Shown: positions 52,501 through 64,000 of the stretch, one piece after another
Layout: every line of letters begins with the position of its first letter
Position numbering within the stretch: position 1 is the first letter of the stretch
NCBI RefSeq assembly: GCF_001194135.2
Contig: NC_069004.1
Span: forward strand, 1,073,405-1,137,404
DNA length: 64,000 bases
From: Octopus bimaculoides
Lineage: Eukaryota
Direction of reading: 5' to 3'
Translations under genes and position numbers: made by a program
Notes under the pieces: model-generated
Seen by the model: the letters and a program-made list of their open reading frames with translations, nothing else
Told to the model about the DNA's origin: nothing
Database searches by the model: none

Positions 52501-53236
52501 TGGAGAGAGAGTGAGCTAATATGCGGCACAAAACATTTGATAAACAAATCCTTTGTGCAGATCATTCAACAAAAATTGAATACTCATATGTCATCTTTGA
52601 TGGGAGAGTCCCTCATGTGTGTGTGTGTGTGTGTGTGTAATACTGCTGACATATATAAGATGCTGATGCCACTATTTATATATATATAAATGTATGATAT
52701 TATACTTTATCTAAAAAGTAGTCCAATCTCTCTTCACCATCTTGAAAAAGAAGGGCACATTTGATACTGTAGTCCTACATACACAATTCTTAAAATAAAA
52801 AAAATAAAAAAATGAAAACAAAAAAGGAATAGTCGCAGCAAATGCTGTGACTGTCTGCAGGAGTCCTACTTACAGAACTATCTGGGTTAAAGAGGAAGAT
52901 CTTGAAAAGTGAGTGTAGGCTGATCTGATGTTTTGGCAATGATCAGAGGGAAGATGTGAGAGAGCAGCAACAGGTGGAAGATGTGTGAAAGCAGCTTCTG
53001 CACTTTTGGTGTTTATCTTGCAAGTGTTGCAATGGGTCAGTTGCTTCCTCCAGATGTTGGGAGTAGTGTCCTTCACCTCTAAGACTGTTCTGGAGTTGTG
53101 TGTGTTCGTATTCAAAATGACCATTGGCACACACACACACATGCTTCATTAAATAAAATGTCACAACAGCAATGAAATTAGACTTGAAAACCAGTTGGTA
53201 AATAAATGATGCCCCAAATCTGTACCTCATCTTCTC

Positions 53237-53290
<54 letters not shown>

Positions 53291-54198
53291 TCACACAAGA
53301 ATACAAAATGACTTTTCTAAAATGTCCTAAATGGTACTTGTTATGCAAAGAAACCAAAGAGGAGTTCGCTGACATTTCAACGTTTTACAAACCCTGAACT
53401 TAGTTACCATAATAAGCACACAGTGAACTTGGTTTATTACATGCACAAATTTTATACAAGATATAATAATTTCAATCACATTTCAAGAGGTGGCACCAAA
53501 AATGCAATTCTAGCAGCTCCATATTGAAATAGCTAAACTAACGGAAACCTGGAACTCTAATACTGTATAATCAAACATGAAATAGAATGAGCCAAAATGA
53601 AGGAATCTCTAAATGGTCATTCTACTTATTAGCTAGAAATAGCAGCTCAAACCTTCTTCAAATCATACCATACCATCTTAAAGGACAAACTGAAAAGCCA
53701 CTGGTTATAAGTCTGCTTTGTCCAAGGTAAACTGTGGTTTAGCAAGAACACTTTATAATGTGTCCAAACCACAGTATAATATATATATATATATTTCTTT
53801 CTTTTTATTCAACATGTCTCCCGACCTTTTCACTTTATTGCTATCAATAATACTAGTGTAGCCAGTTGTTATATGCCAGATCAAAATACAAATTAGTTTT
53901 TAACTGTTTTTATTTCTGCATAGATTATATACAACAAACCAGAGACAGGAAATTCTGACAAACAATGTCTGTGTACACAATATTTTTAGTGATTGTTGTA
54001 AATAAATATCCGTCAGTTCTAATATTCTGCCCAAAAACATGTTTGGCCATGGAGAAAGATTACCTTGCTGGGAAACAGATAAGCGTTTGGCGACAGGAAG
54101 GGCCATTCAGCCCAAGAAAATCAATATATTCCGCCTGACTCATGCAAGTAGGGAAAGCACACATACATCATCACGTACACTTGCAGTTATATACATAA

Positions 54199-54249
<51 letters not shown>

Positions 54250-55199
54250 NNNNNNNNNNNNNNNNNNNNNNNNNNNNNNNNNNNNNNNNNNNNNNNNNNN
54301 NNNNNNNNNNNNNNNNNNNNNNNNNNNNNNNNNNNNNNNNNNNNNNNNNNNNNNNNNNNNNNNNNNNNNNNNNNNNNNNNNNNNNNNNNNNNNNNNNNNN
54401 NNNNNNNNNNNNNNNNNNNNNNNNNNNNNNNNNNNNNNAGCACTTGTCGGGGGCCCGGATCGGGGGTGACGAACACAAGGGCTGCTCCGGGTAGAACACA
54501 CTCTAGCCACGCCATTGCCCTTGGATTGGTGAGAAGCAAAATCGATCCTGGCTTCCGGCGTTGTACCCTTTGTACTAATGTCAAATATAACAACAGCTAC
54601 GATCTGCTAGAAATAGCAGCCAAATCTCCCTCGCATTACCGACACACAACCTTAATCGAACGAGAAAGTACATCTCGAATTAGACAAGTTCTAGATGTTT
54701 AAAAACAGGGAAAAAAATAGATATAAATAGAAAGAACAGATGACCATGATTGAATTGAGTTCGATTAGAGGTTTGCTCGATCCGAACAACGAAACAATTG
54801 TCCTTGGTTAGCATTAGTAAACGATTAATGCTTACAATAGATTCACAATCCGATTTTGATTGATAACAACAAAGAAATACTCTGAAGGTAAGAAAATCAC
54901 GAGGGAAAAACTATTTAAACCAAGGGCGAAGAGGAATGTTTATTTCCGAAGCCGGTAACGTAATGAAAGATAACCTAATTAAGAAGCTTCAAGGAAGGGG
55001 AGTTACCTCCCACTAGTTACCTTATAGTTTTTATAGGAAAAATAGGAAAATTATGTTTTATGTGCTTGTGTGGGTCTATGTGTACAGATACACGTGTAAG
55101 TCACTATATATATTTAACATGCACATACATGTGTGTACACATACGCGCGCGTGTATATTTATATATATGTATTGCAGTATCTATCAAGCAATACGAACT

Positions 55200-55244
<45 letters not shown>

Positions 55245-55427
55245 GTTCTTATANNNNNNNNNNNNNNNNNNNNNNNNNNNNNNNNNNNNNNNNNNNNNNN
55301 NNNNNNNNNNNNNNNNNNNNNNNNNNNNNNNNNNNNNNNNNNNNNNNNNNNNNNNNNNNNNNNNNNNNNNNNNNNNNNNNNNNNNNNNNNNNNNNNNNNN
55401 NNNNNNNNNNNNNNNNNNNNNNNNNNN

Positions 55428-55476
<49 letters not shown>

Positions 55477-55729
55477 GGTCAACGGGTGAGATCGAGAGAT
55501 GCTCAATATAGAAAAACATGTAGCAGTGCAAACATGAACTTAAACTCCAGAATCTTTATCAAGGACTAGGCCCATGGGGGTTAAGAGTGACTATAAAAGA
55601 GAAATCCAGATGAGTTGATAGGGAGATAGGGATGCAGATAAACATCTTTTACACTCTATGGAACACTAAATTTATTTGTCAATATATATTAAATATCTCT
55701 ATGCTTGTACGTAGAGGTTTATCTTCTGA

Positions 55730-55903
55730 ATATGTTTAGCCTCTCACACCTACCCTGCAATGTCCTTCAAAAACTTGCCACTTACATTATTAAAATCTTG
55801 AAGCTATGAGATCATGCATGTTTAATTCAAAACAATGTTAATAAACAAGCATTGCATTGAACTGAGCAACCCGAATGCCATGAGCAACCCAAATGCTAAA
55901 GGG
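55730..55903. mobile_element. piggyBac-like MITE, family P1, one end truncated
   Basis: cctctcacacctaccctgcaatgtcc...AATGCTAAAGGG|CTTAA, with a short internal duplication gagcaacccRaatgc. Confidence 0.65.
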
Positions 55904-56499
55904 CTTAATTCTAAGAAACTAACAGGAAATTGGTGTTCTCAAGATTTATGGCAAAAGAGTAAGGCAGAACATTTTGATAAAAGAGTTTTGGCACAATCTA
56001 ATCAGTCATTGTCACTACTTCTTTTACAGCATCTGATGGGTGTGTGTGTATTCAAGATAGTGTCATTGATATGATGTCAGCTAAAAAATATAAAGTTAGT
56101 TGGTTCAATCTTGTTTTAATGCTGAAATTTGAAACCTTGACAAATGTCTTTTGTACATGATAGCAACTTGATAGCAAGAGATATCATGAAATATATCATA
56201 TAAAAATGCCAGCAAATGACTGATTAGAACCCGAGATCTTTATCTCAATGTTAGTAACATGTCATTCTATCTGATGGCTAGAATTGATATATCTGTGATG
56301 GGTGTTGGCTGAAGGTAGCAAATTACAGGTAGTAAGTTACACGCCTTAATAATTGCTTCCCAACCATGGGGTCTCCAATTTAGTCTCATCGTGTGGGCAA
56401 TTGCATTCTGCTACAGCCCTGGAGGGTAACTTTCTAGGTGCAATCCCCTGGTCATTTGTGACTGGAAGAGGTCTTCACCCTTTAAATATATATATTTAT

Positions 56500-56712
56500 T
56501 TCTTTATTGACCACAGGGGGCTAAACAAGGATAGAAAAAGGGATTACGTCGATTACATCGAACCCAGTACGTAACTGGTACTTATTTAATTGACTCTGAA
56601 AGGATGAAAGGCAAAGTTGACCTTGGCGGAATTTGAACTCAGAATGTAACAACAGACGAAACACCGCTAAGCATTTCACCCGGCAGGCTAACGATTCTGC
56701 CAGCTCGCTGCC
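56500..56712 (-). mobile_element. SINE family B
   Basis: Collinear with the 20877 copy, including the cacagggggctaaac tail. Confidence 0.88.
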
Positions 56713-58254
56713 TTATCTGATGTATATATATATATATATATATATAATGGATAATAAAACGAATGGTTTATACCTGGTAGCTTACTGGTAAAGCATGGTC
56801 ACTTTCACAGTGTTTATTATGTACCTGGTTAATTGTAGTGATTTATAAAAACTCTTGTGTCTTCCATCTTCTGTCTCTCATTAACCAGACAGACACACAC
56901 ACACACACACACACACATTCATGTGCATGCATACACATATATAAAAATCACCATCCTTCATGCTAGCATGGGTTGGATAGTCCGACAGGATCCAGCGGGT
57001 TTGAGGACTGCATCATCTTCTGATATATGTATATGTCTGTGTGTGTATGTATATATATATATATAGACCATCCTCGTCGTTTTCACACACACCCTAGAGT
57101 CTATCGACATAGATACATATGCAGACGAGCGTGTGTAGACTTATACATATGTGTGTGTGTGTATGTGTTATATCTATCTATCTATGTATATATATGTAAA
57201 TTATTGTCTGTGTAAATGCGTGTGCGCCTTCCTGTGTGGACGGGTGAGTGGCTGTGTGCGTGCGTGTGTGACATAATGAAGAGAGACTAACAATTACGTT
57301 CAGATCAAAGAGTTGTCTCCCCTCCCCTACACCTTGCTTAATCTTAAACCCAGAACGTTATCAAGGTCTTCTCTTATCACCTACACGAATCTCATTAACG
57401 AGTCCAGGCGCAGAATGACTTAATTGTCTCGTTAGCTGACCTTATACTAAGGAACATGTGCCTTAATTAAAAACCTCGCAGTATATAGATGTAATAAACA
57501 ACTTCATAGTTCGTATACAGCTACTTAGAATGTTTCTCAAAAAGTCAGCCTCTATTTTGCCACTAGTGTGTGTGTGTATGTGTGTGTGTGTGTGTGTAGT
57601 CTTAGGTATTTGAAAGTAAAAATATAATGATTGCTCGTGTTGAAAATAGAGTCACTTGTAGTTGATCTCAACGAAAACTATTTATGACCTACAAAAAAAG
57701 TGCATTTAGGTCACACACACACACACACACAAATGTGTAAATGCATGTATGTATAACTAGTGTGTGTGTGTCTATCTGTTTGTATGTACACACGCACTGT
57801 AAAATATATCTATGATAAGTATTTATATACAAACTTATTGGATCTTTTCTCGAGTACAAGGCCATCACAAATATAATGCGACCCTTTCCCTCCACCACCA
57901 CTTGTATAAGAACATTGGCAATAGATACTCTAATGTATCTTATCCTCTTATCCCTTTCTATTTTCTTTATAGTCGAATACATAACGTTGGATGTCAAAGG
58001 TATGACCATACTGTGAAGTTGCCCGGAGGCCCCAAGGATATACAAGGTGGTCTCAATATTAATCGATGCAGACTACTCTGATGATAAATCGATAATTTCG
58101 AGCCTTGTAAGAAGTTTTTCTGCCATAAATTCCTCGTATTATACATATGTCACCAAAATGTATAATTAGAATTAATTTAGGGAATACCTTTACGTGTATG
58201 TGTGTGTGTGTGTGTGCATATTTTAGCAGTAATCAAACATGCATACTAAATGTG

Positions 58255-58420
58255 TGTGTGTCTGTGGTTAAGAAAATCTCTGTCTGTTAGCAACGACGTG
58301 GTTTCGAGTTTCGTTCCGCTGCGTAGAAACTGGGGTTAGTGTCTTCTACTATATCCAAGGGCCAACCAAAGCCTTGTAAGAGGATTTGATGGACGGAAAC
58401 TGTGTGGAAGCCCGTTGTGT
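58255..58420 (+). mobile_element. SINE family A head/body
   Basis: tgtggttaagaa...gtggtttcgagtttcgttccgctgcg...gtgtcttctactatatcc...ccaaagccttgt...ggacggaaactgtgtggaagcccgt. Confidence 0.75.
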
Positions 58421-59069
58421 ATACAAACACGCACATATATATTGTATGTATGTATTTATATATATGTAAGTATCTATATATATTTATGTATGCATGTATG
58501 TATGTATGTATCTATCTATCTATTTATCTACCTATCTATATATATATAAGACACATGCACACACATATAAAGAAAAGATTATTTTCTTATCTGTTTAATA
58601 TCTAAATGGGTCTATTTGATCCTATTTCTCAAGAATTTACTGTGTCTGGCTGAGTATGCATAAAGTGAAAACCGTTAATTTTCATAGAATCTATTTTAAT
58701 TAAATTACTTTTCCTTTTAACTCATTAGTTTAAAGCAAATTAGAATGAAAAATATTCAGTAAGTTTTTAAATTCATAAAAAAAAACAAGTAATTAAATAC
58801 ATAAAACAAATTTTCCAAGAAAAATTGAAATTATTCCTTGATTAAGTGTTAACCCATTAGAGATGAGCTGATGTAAAATATTTTTGGAGATCAACCGAAG
58901 ATAACGACGTGATAATTAGCATGACAAACACAAAAGGCATTTTTTCTTTATCTTGAAATATGTAAAGTAAAATACCAGAGAACAATCAGATTGCAATTCA
59001 AAATTTTGACACGTGTTTTACATAGCAATGAGTGACCCCTTTTTTTTTATGAAGGGTTTTGATGATTAA

Positions 59070-59298
59070 CCCTTTGCCTGTTCAGTGTTTTACACAGGAC
59101 ATATTTCGCTGGGATTCATGCATCATATGTGATATATATTCCCAATTTTTTTTTTTTTAACCACCAGGATTACTTGAGATTTTTGAAAAGAAAGCTTTAT
59201 ATTACGCAGGATGCATGAAACACGGGATAACTAAAAGTCTGAAAACAAGCAAGGAGGCTTAGGACAAACTCATGAAAATGCCTTGGACAGGCAAAGAG
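59070..59298. mobile_element. piggyBac-like MITE, family P3
   Basis: TTAA|CCCTTTGCCTGTTCA ... TGGACAGGCAAAGAG|TTCT: 15-bp imperfect TIR, 229 bp. Confidence 0.6.
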
Positions 59299-59399
59299 TT
59301 CTTGCTATAATCTAGAAATCAGGAGATGGAACTAGTTATGAGGTGAAATATTTTTAGTTTTTAAATCAAAAGAAATAAAATATATAAAGTGAGATGAAA

Positions 59400-59780
59400 T
59401 GAACAGCAAATTCTATGGACAAAGGATCCTGGCAATTATGGCAGTGGAACACAAGCTCTTGGTATGGCCTACCATGGTAGACAGATGAAAGGATAGAGGC
59501 CCAGATTCGTTTGGATTATCTCTTGCCAGAAGTAAACATGGGTTTGTGTAGAGCCAACACCCCTACCTTGAAAAATGCAAGTTATGGAATAATTGATAGC
59601 AATTCAAAGCGAAAGGGTCTGGGAGAGGAAGGCCTTTCTCAGGAAAACAGGATAGGGTGTGGCAAAATCTGAAAGGAAACGAAGGAGTAGAACTGGAGAG
59701 AAGCAGAAAAGGACGGCGCTGGGCCGAGAATGGTGGAGGAAAGTCACCGATGGGCCACGAGGAAGTTTAAGTTAGGTACT
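59400..59780 (+). mobile_element. Possible internally deleted RTE-clade LINE derivative
   Basis: tagagccaacacccctaccttgaaaaa resembles RTE 5'UTR motifs as I recall them. Downstream NWREAEK/(+1 shift)TALGREWWRKV resembles the RTE C-terminal W..AE..A.DR..WR..V and is followed by aagtttaagttag. Confidence 0.35.
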
Positions 59781-60445
59781 AGTTAAGGGCAAGGGGTCAT
59801 AATTCTCTCTCTTTCTCTCCTTCTCTCTGTCCAAATTGGCCAAGTCATGCCATGTGAAGGACCACGGGGGATGGGATGGGGGGAGGTACCACTCACACCA
59901 TTCCTTTCTCCAGAAAGGGAGAAGTATTGATGAGGAGACTGGCAACTGCTTCTTCTCAGCCAAATAATAAAATAAATAAATAAAACTGGAACCATCTAAG
60001 GTTCCAAACATGGAAAGGAAATGAAAACCAGATTTTAAATGTTAATTCCTTAAAAAAACAAGACTGTAACCCGATTTCAATTCCCAGTTGGAACTGAGCA
60101 CTTCTCACCTGCAACTCTGGGAGAAGGAAAGCTGTAATCCTTGAAAGTTTTCAGTTTCACCTTCTCAATAAACTGAAGATTTATAAATAATCTTCAAGAA
60201 AACAAAAAAATAAATAAATGATATCCTATCTGAATCTGTGGAAAGAAGTTTGGCTGAAACCAAGAATTGCTGTGATTGCTTTGAATGATAATTCTAATGC
60301 CACGTTCTATAGACTTTATACCAAAGAGAAACGTTTTGGTTTTATCATTTGTGCCCTTTATGCTATTTGGGTTTTGGGTACTGAGGTCAGTTGGAGGCTC
60401 CCTTGACCTTGCATAAATTTCTATTGCATAATATAATTAGTATTT

Positions 60446-60480
<35 letters not shown>

Positions 60481-60989
60481 TAATATGCTTGGAATGCAGC
60501 AGGCTCATCTACATGTATATGGTTGGTGTATTTTGCTGCCATTATAAAACATTGCTTTTTCAGAAAACGAAAAAATACTTTCACCATTCCATTTCTTTTT
60601 ACATTAGCAACAGTTTCAGCTTAACTCATCAAAGTGGTTGCTTGACCTGCTAGAAATAGCAACAGAATCTTCATCAAATGCCCCTGCTGCCTTAAACAGT
60701 TGCACACTGGATAATAGAGTCTGAGGTATAATAGGGTCATCATACAAAAAAGGGAAACTGTGGCTGGAAAACCTTTACAATTCAGAAGTTTACTCCACCA
60801 GGGCATAACTGAAGCCGAACGAATCACCTGTTTGGTTAAGAGTTAAATTAATTTACATCACTGATTAATAATGGAGCTAATGAAGAAGAAGTGATAAAAA
60901 ACCTTTTAAGCCTAATGTTGAAATTTTAATATTTTTCAAAACCCTTTTATTGAAGTGTCAGACGTATTAATTCATGTGTTTTAGTTTAA

Positions 60990-61192
60990 CCCTTTTAGTA
61001 TTCAGATTATTCTGTTGAATGTAATCCTTATTTATTCATATTGTTTTGAATTAATCCTGGATTATCTCATAGCTTTGAGATTTTGATGATGTGAATTGTT
61101 TATTTTTAGAATGACACTGTAGGGTAGGTGTGAGAGGCTGGATCCAATCAGTATGAACATAAACTGATATGGCTGGTTTAAATGCTAAAGGG
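60990..61192. mobile_element. piggyBac-like MITE, family P1
   Basis: TTAA|CCCTTTTAGTATT ... AATGCTAAAGGG|CTAA. CCC/GGG termini with TTAA flanks are the piggyBac signature. Confidence 0.75.
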
Positions 61193-62199
61193 CTAAGGTA
61201 AATATTTATTTGTCCTTGGCAAAGCATTAAACTATATCCCACTTGACAATTGGTGTTGGTTTGTTTATGTCCCCATAACTTAGCAGTTCAGCAAAAGAGA
61301 CTGATAAAATAAATGCCAGGTGCCTCCACCAAAAAAAAAAAGAACACCAAACAAACTGGAGTTGATTTGATTAAAACCCCTCAAGACAGTGGCCTCAAAT
61401 GGCTGCAGTCCAATGATTGAAACAAGTAAAAGGTAATGAAATGCCATTAATAAATAGAAAGATATTTTGGTCTTTTCATGCACAATATTAGATAATGTCT
61501 ACCCTTACATGTCGCCCCTAATCTAAAGATGCACATATCTTTTAACCATATACAGAAATATGCTAAAAAAAAGACCAATTCCATTTCTTTTTTTCTTCTC
61601 TCTCTTCCTAAAATATCTACACATTAAAGGTATAATATTTCTTCAGTAAAACAACCTACCATACAAGGTAATTCAACTGCCCCCCACTCACCATATCTAT
61701 ACCATTTTCTTCCCTACTGAGATGGGTGGAGTTGCAGTTAGTCCTTCAGAAAATCTCAAAGACAACCCTGCTACTTTGTGTTCCTCTTATGCTGATTCTC
61801 TTTAAAGAATATATTCCTACTATCAAAGTTGTCTATGTATATACATATAAAAAACTCTCCCCGCCCCAACCAAAATTGCAGACTTGAAAACATTTAGCAA
61901 ATATGAAACCAAAGAGGAATGTTGCATGAACTTCGCTCCTTCCCCACCGTTCCTCTAAGCCCTACTCTCCCTGCAAAATGGTGATAAGCAAAAGTCTGAA
62001 ACTTTGGTTGAGGGTACTGAAGATGATAAATGGTTCCTTTATGAGAAAACCAAATAAATCTTGTCAGGTGAAAACATGGGTGGTAGAAGGGAGGGGCTGC
62101 TTATTTCAGTGTAGAATAAATAAGGTTAGTTAACATCGCAAAAGGGTTCCACGGAATTACTTTTACAACCCTCTAATCTAATCAATAGGTGGGGCTATA

Positions 62200-62350
62200 A
62201 CTGACAGGTGAAGAAGCTTGCATTGTATTCATAAAGTTCAGGGTTTGATTCTGCTGCACAGCACCTTGGGCAAGTGTTTCCCACTATCTGTAACCTTCTA
62301 CTGACCAATGTCTGGTGAATGGAATCTGGAAGATAGAAACTGTGCAAAAG
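62200..62350 (+). mobile_element. SINE family A head/body (diverged)
   Basis: gggtttgattctgctgcacagcaccttgggcaagtgttt (B-box plus CORE-like motif). Confidence 0.7.
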
Positions 62351-62871
62351 CTGCCCTATTGTGTGCACATATGTACACAACATTGCTTTATATTTCTTTT
62401 CCATGCTGTCATGGATTGGCAAGGCATGAAACACATGTCACTGCGAAAAGAGGGCATAAATGATATGTGTGTGTGTGTGTGTGCGCGTGCATGCATGTGT
62501 GTGTGTGTGTATACATATGTATTTATATATAGATAGATAAATAGACAGACAGATAGATAACTGTTTCCCATCAATCAACCAAACGTCCATTAGAAACTTG
62601 ACAGTTTAAGCCAATGACAAACTTTTTTAGTCTGGTGTGAGGAAATTTTTTTCTAGAAGTGGATACAATTGAGATGTGTTTCACAATTCCACACCAAGAA
62701 TCTCTACCCACCTCTAGCTTTGGTAGGCCTTCAATTTCATTTCGTGTGACTCTGCTAATGACATCCATGTTGCCGTGTGATCTTTGTCCTTGATGTAATT
62801 GACTAACACTAATCAAAATGACCCAGTGTTGAGTACTACAGATAAGATCCTGCCAACTTGCCACCTTTTTA

Positions 62872-63345
62872 CAGTTTCAAATTTTGGCACAAGACTAATG
62901 AATTTTGGAACAGGGGAGAAGGAAAGTTGATTACCATTGATCCCAGTAATTGATTGGTACCTAATTCTATTGACCCAAGAAAAATGAAGGGCAAAGATGG
63001 CCCTGGTGGAATTTGAACTCAGGATGTAAAGACAGAACAAATTCCACTAAGCATTTTGTCTAATGTGCAAACGGTTCTATCAGCTTACCACCTTATTAAT
63101 AACAAGAACAACAACAACAACAACAATAATCCTTTCTACTCTAGGGGGGGAGCAAAACCTGAAATTTTGTGCGTGGGGCATGTTGTTTACATCAACCCCA
63201 GTGTTCAACTGGTATTTACTTCAACGACCCTGAAAGGATGAAAGGCAAAGTCAACCTTGGTGGAATTTGAACTCAGAGCATAGCGGCAGATGAAACACTG
63301 CTAAGCATTTTCCCAGGCATGCTAATGACTCTGCCAGTTCACCAC
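62872..63345 (-). mobile_element. Two head-to-tail SINE family B copies with different tails
   Basis: ~62872-63092 (ttcaaattttggcacaag tail) and ~63127-63345 (aataatcctttctactc tail), separated by (AAC)n. Confidence 0.85.
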
Positions 63346-63347
63346 AT

Positions 63348-63402
63348 TAATAATAATAATAATAATTATGATGATGATGATGATGATGATGATGATGCTG
63401 AT
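63348..63402. repeat. (AAT)n-(GAT)n trinucleotide tract
   Basis: Direct reading. Confidence 0.9.
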
Positions 63403-64000
63403 GTTTAAATGTATAGACATAAATTTGTATTTCTTTTCTTATTCAAGAGATTTGGATTGGTGAAGGTGTTGTAGAAAGAGAGAAGTAGAGTCTTAAGTGT
63501 TGGCACCATGAAAACGGGGCGTTACCGAAAAATATGGATAGCAATTACATGAGTTGGAAGTTCTAAAGGACCAGGGTGTGTTTGGCAGGGGGAGAATTTA
63601 GTGAGAGTGTGTGGTGTGTGGTGAATGGGGTGGTGGGTGGGCTTGGCATCACCATATCTGATTTCATTGCTGTATATTCCTTTAAACATAAGATATATCT
63701 CAATTATGGAATGGCAGCAACAGAATCAGAAATAAGAAGCCCACCCCCCGCCTCCCGTCTCACAATAGAATTTACCAAAAAGACAAAAAAAAAAAACCCC
63801 AGAAAATCCATTTCTTGTTTTGCAGCAAATTCTTTTCTTTAATTCTTGTCTTAACTTAGCATATGTTTACTCATTCTCCAAACACCGTTCATTAGGGATG
63901 GGGGTGAGTTGGGGGTGGATACCCTCCCCTCAAAAAAAAAGGAAAACAAAAAACAACACAAAACAGTTGCAAGAAGGGATTAAAGAATAACACATATTGC

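Noticed and set aside
52870-53142. Minus-strand ORF ending at a strong-looking TCT|gtaagt donor (~52873)
   Set aside because: The long frame would be phase 2, incompatible with CRMP exon 2. The phase-0 frame has a stop ~23 codons upstream and no ATG. The peptide is unrecognisable. A non-coding exon cannot be excluded.
58078-58110. CTGATGA as a possible hammerhead ribozyme core
   Set aside because: There is no correctly placed stem II or GAAA core. Other CTGATGA hits I noticed (~2922, ~31021) also lack it.
58600-58865. Possible further piggyBac-like ends (TTAACCCATTAGAG at ~58850 and tctaaatggg at ~58602)
   Set aside because: They face outward rather than enclosing an element, and no matching partner end was found.
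41896-63345. Using CpG retention in SINE copies (41896-42321 retained, 62872-63345 decayed) as a direct methylation read-out
   Set aside because: This is confounded by insertion age. The copies at 16950 and 20877 keep their CpGs inside the CpG-poor intron.
63440-63720. Possible second Penelope-like RT fragment (HG...FLQHLH on the minus strand)
   Set aside because: This is a single weak motif with stops, and no YxDD or other motif supports it.

Overview
This is AT-rich, microsatellite-dense animal genomic DNA with many N gaps. The SINE families point to an octopus (coleoid cephalopod), but that assignment is recognition from memory. The only gene I can support is the 5' part of a minus-strand dihydropyrimidinase/CRMP (unc-33/DPYSL family) gene. 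Its three short coding exons are 38399-38355, 2383-2289 and 964-891. They splice in frame to MTSRTPVKKVPIHLQ|[32 protein letters not shown]|QIGNNLVIPGGSRTIEAKNKLVIPG. The first intron is about 36 kb, and the rest of the gene lies beyond coordinate 1. None of these exons appears in the supplied ORF track, whose ORFs are mostly microsatellite or gap artefacts. The rest of the window contains several tRNA-derived or SINE-like families with interchangeable tails, TTAA-flanked piggyBac-like MITEs, a hAT end, decayed Penelope-, L2- and RTE-like fragments, and simple repeats. The most interesting observations are inverted SINE copies bracketing CRMP exons 2-3, two CpG-retaining domains suggesting a second promoter, modular SINE tails, a degenerate ~45-55 bp array upstream of the gene, and weak candidate extra exons. 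I found no convincing new multi-gene system. Repeat boundaries are approximate and were read by eye.
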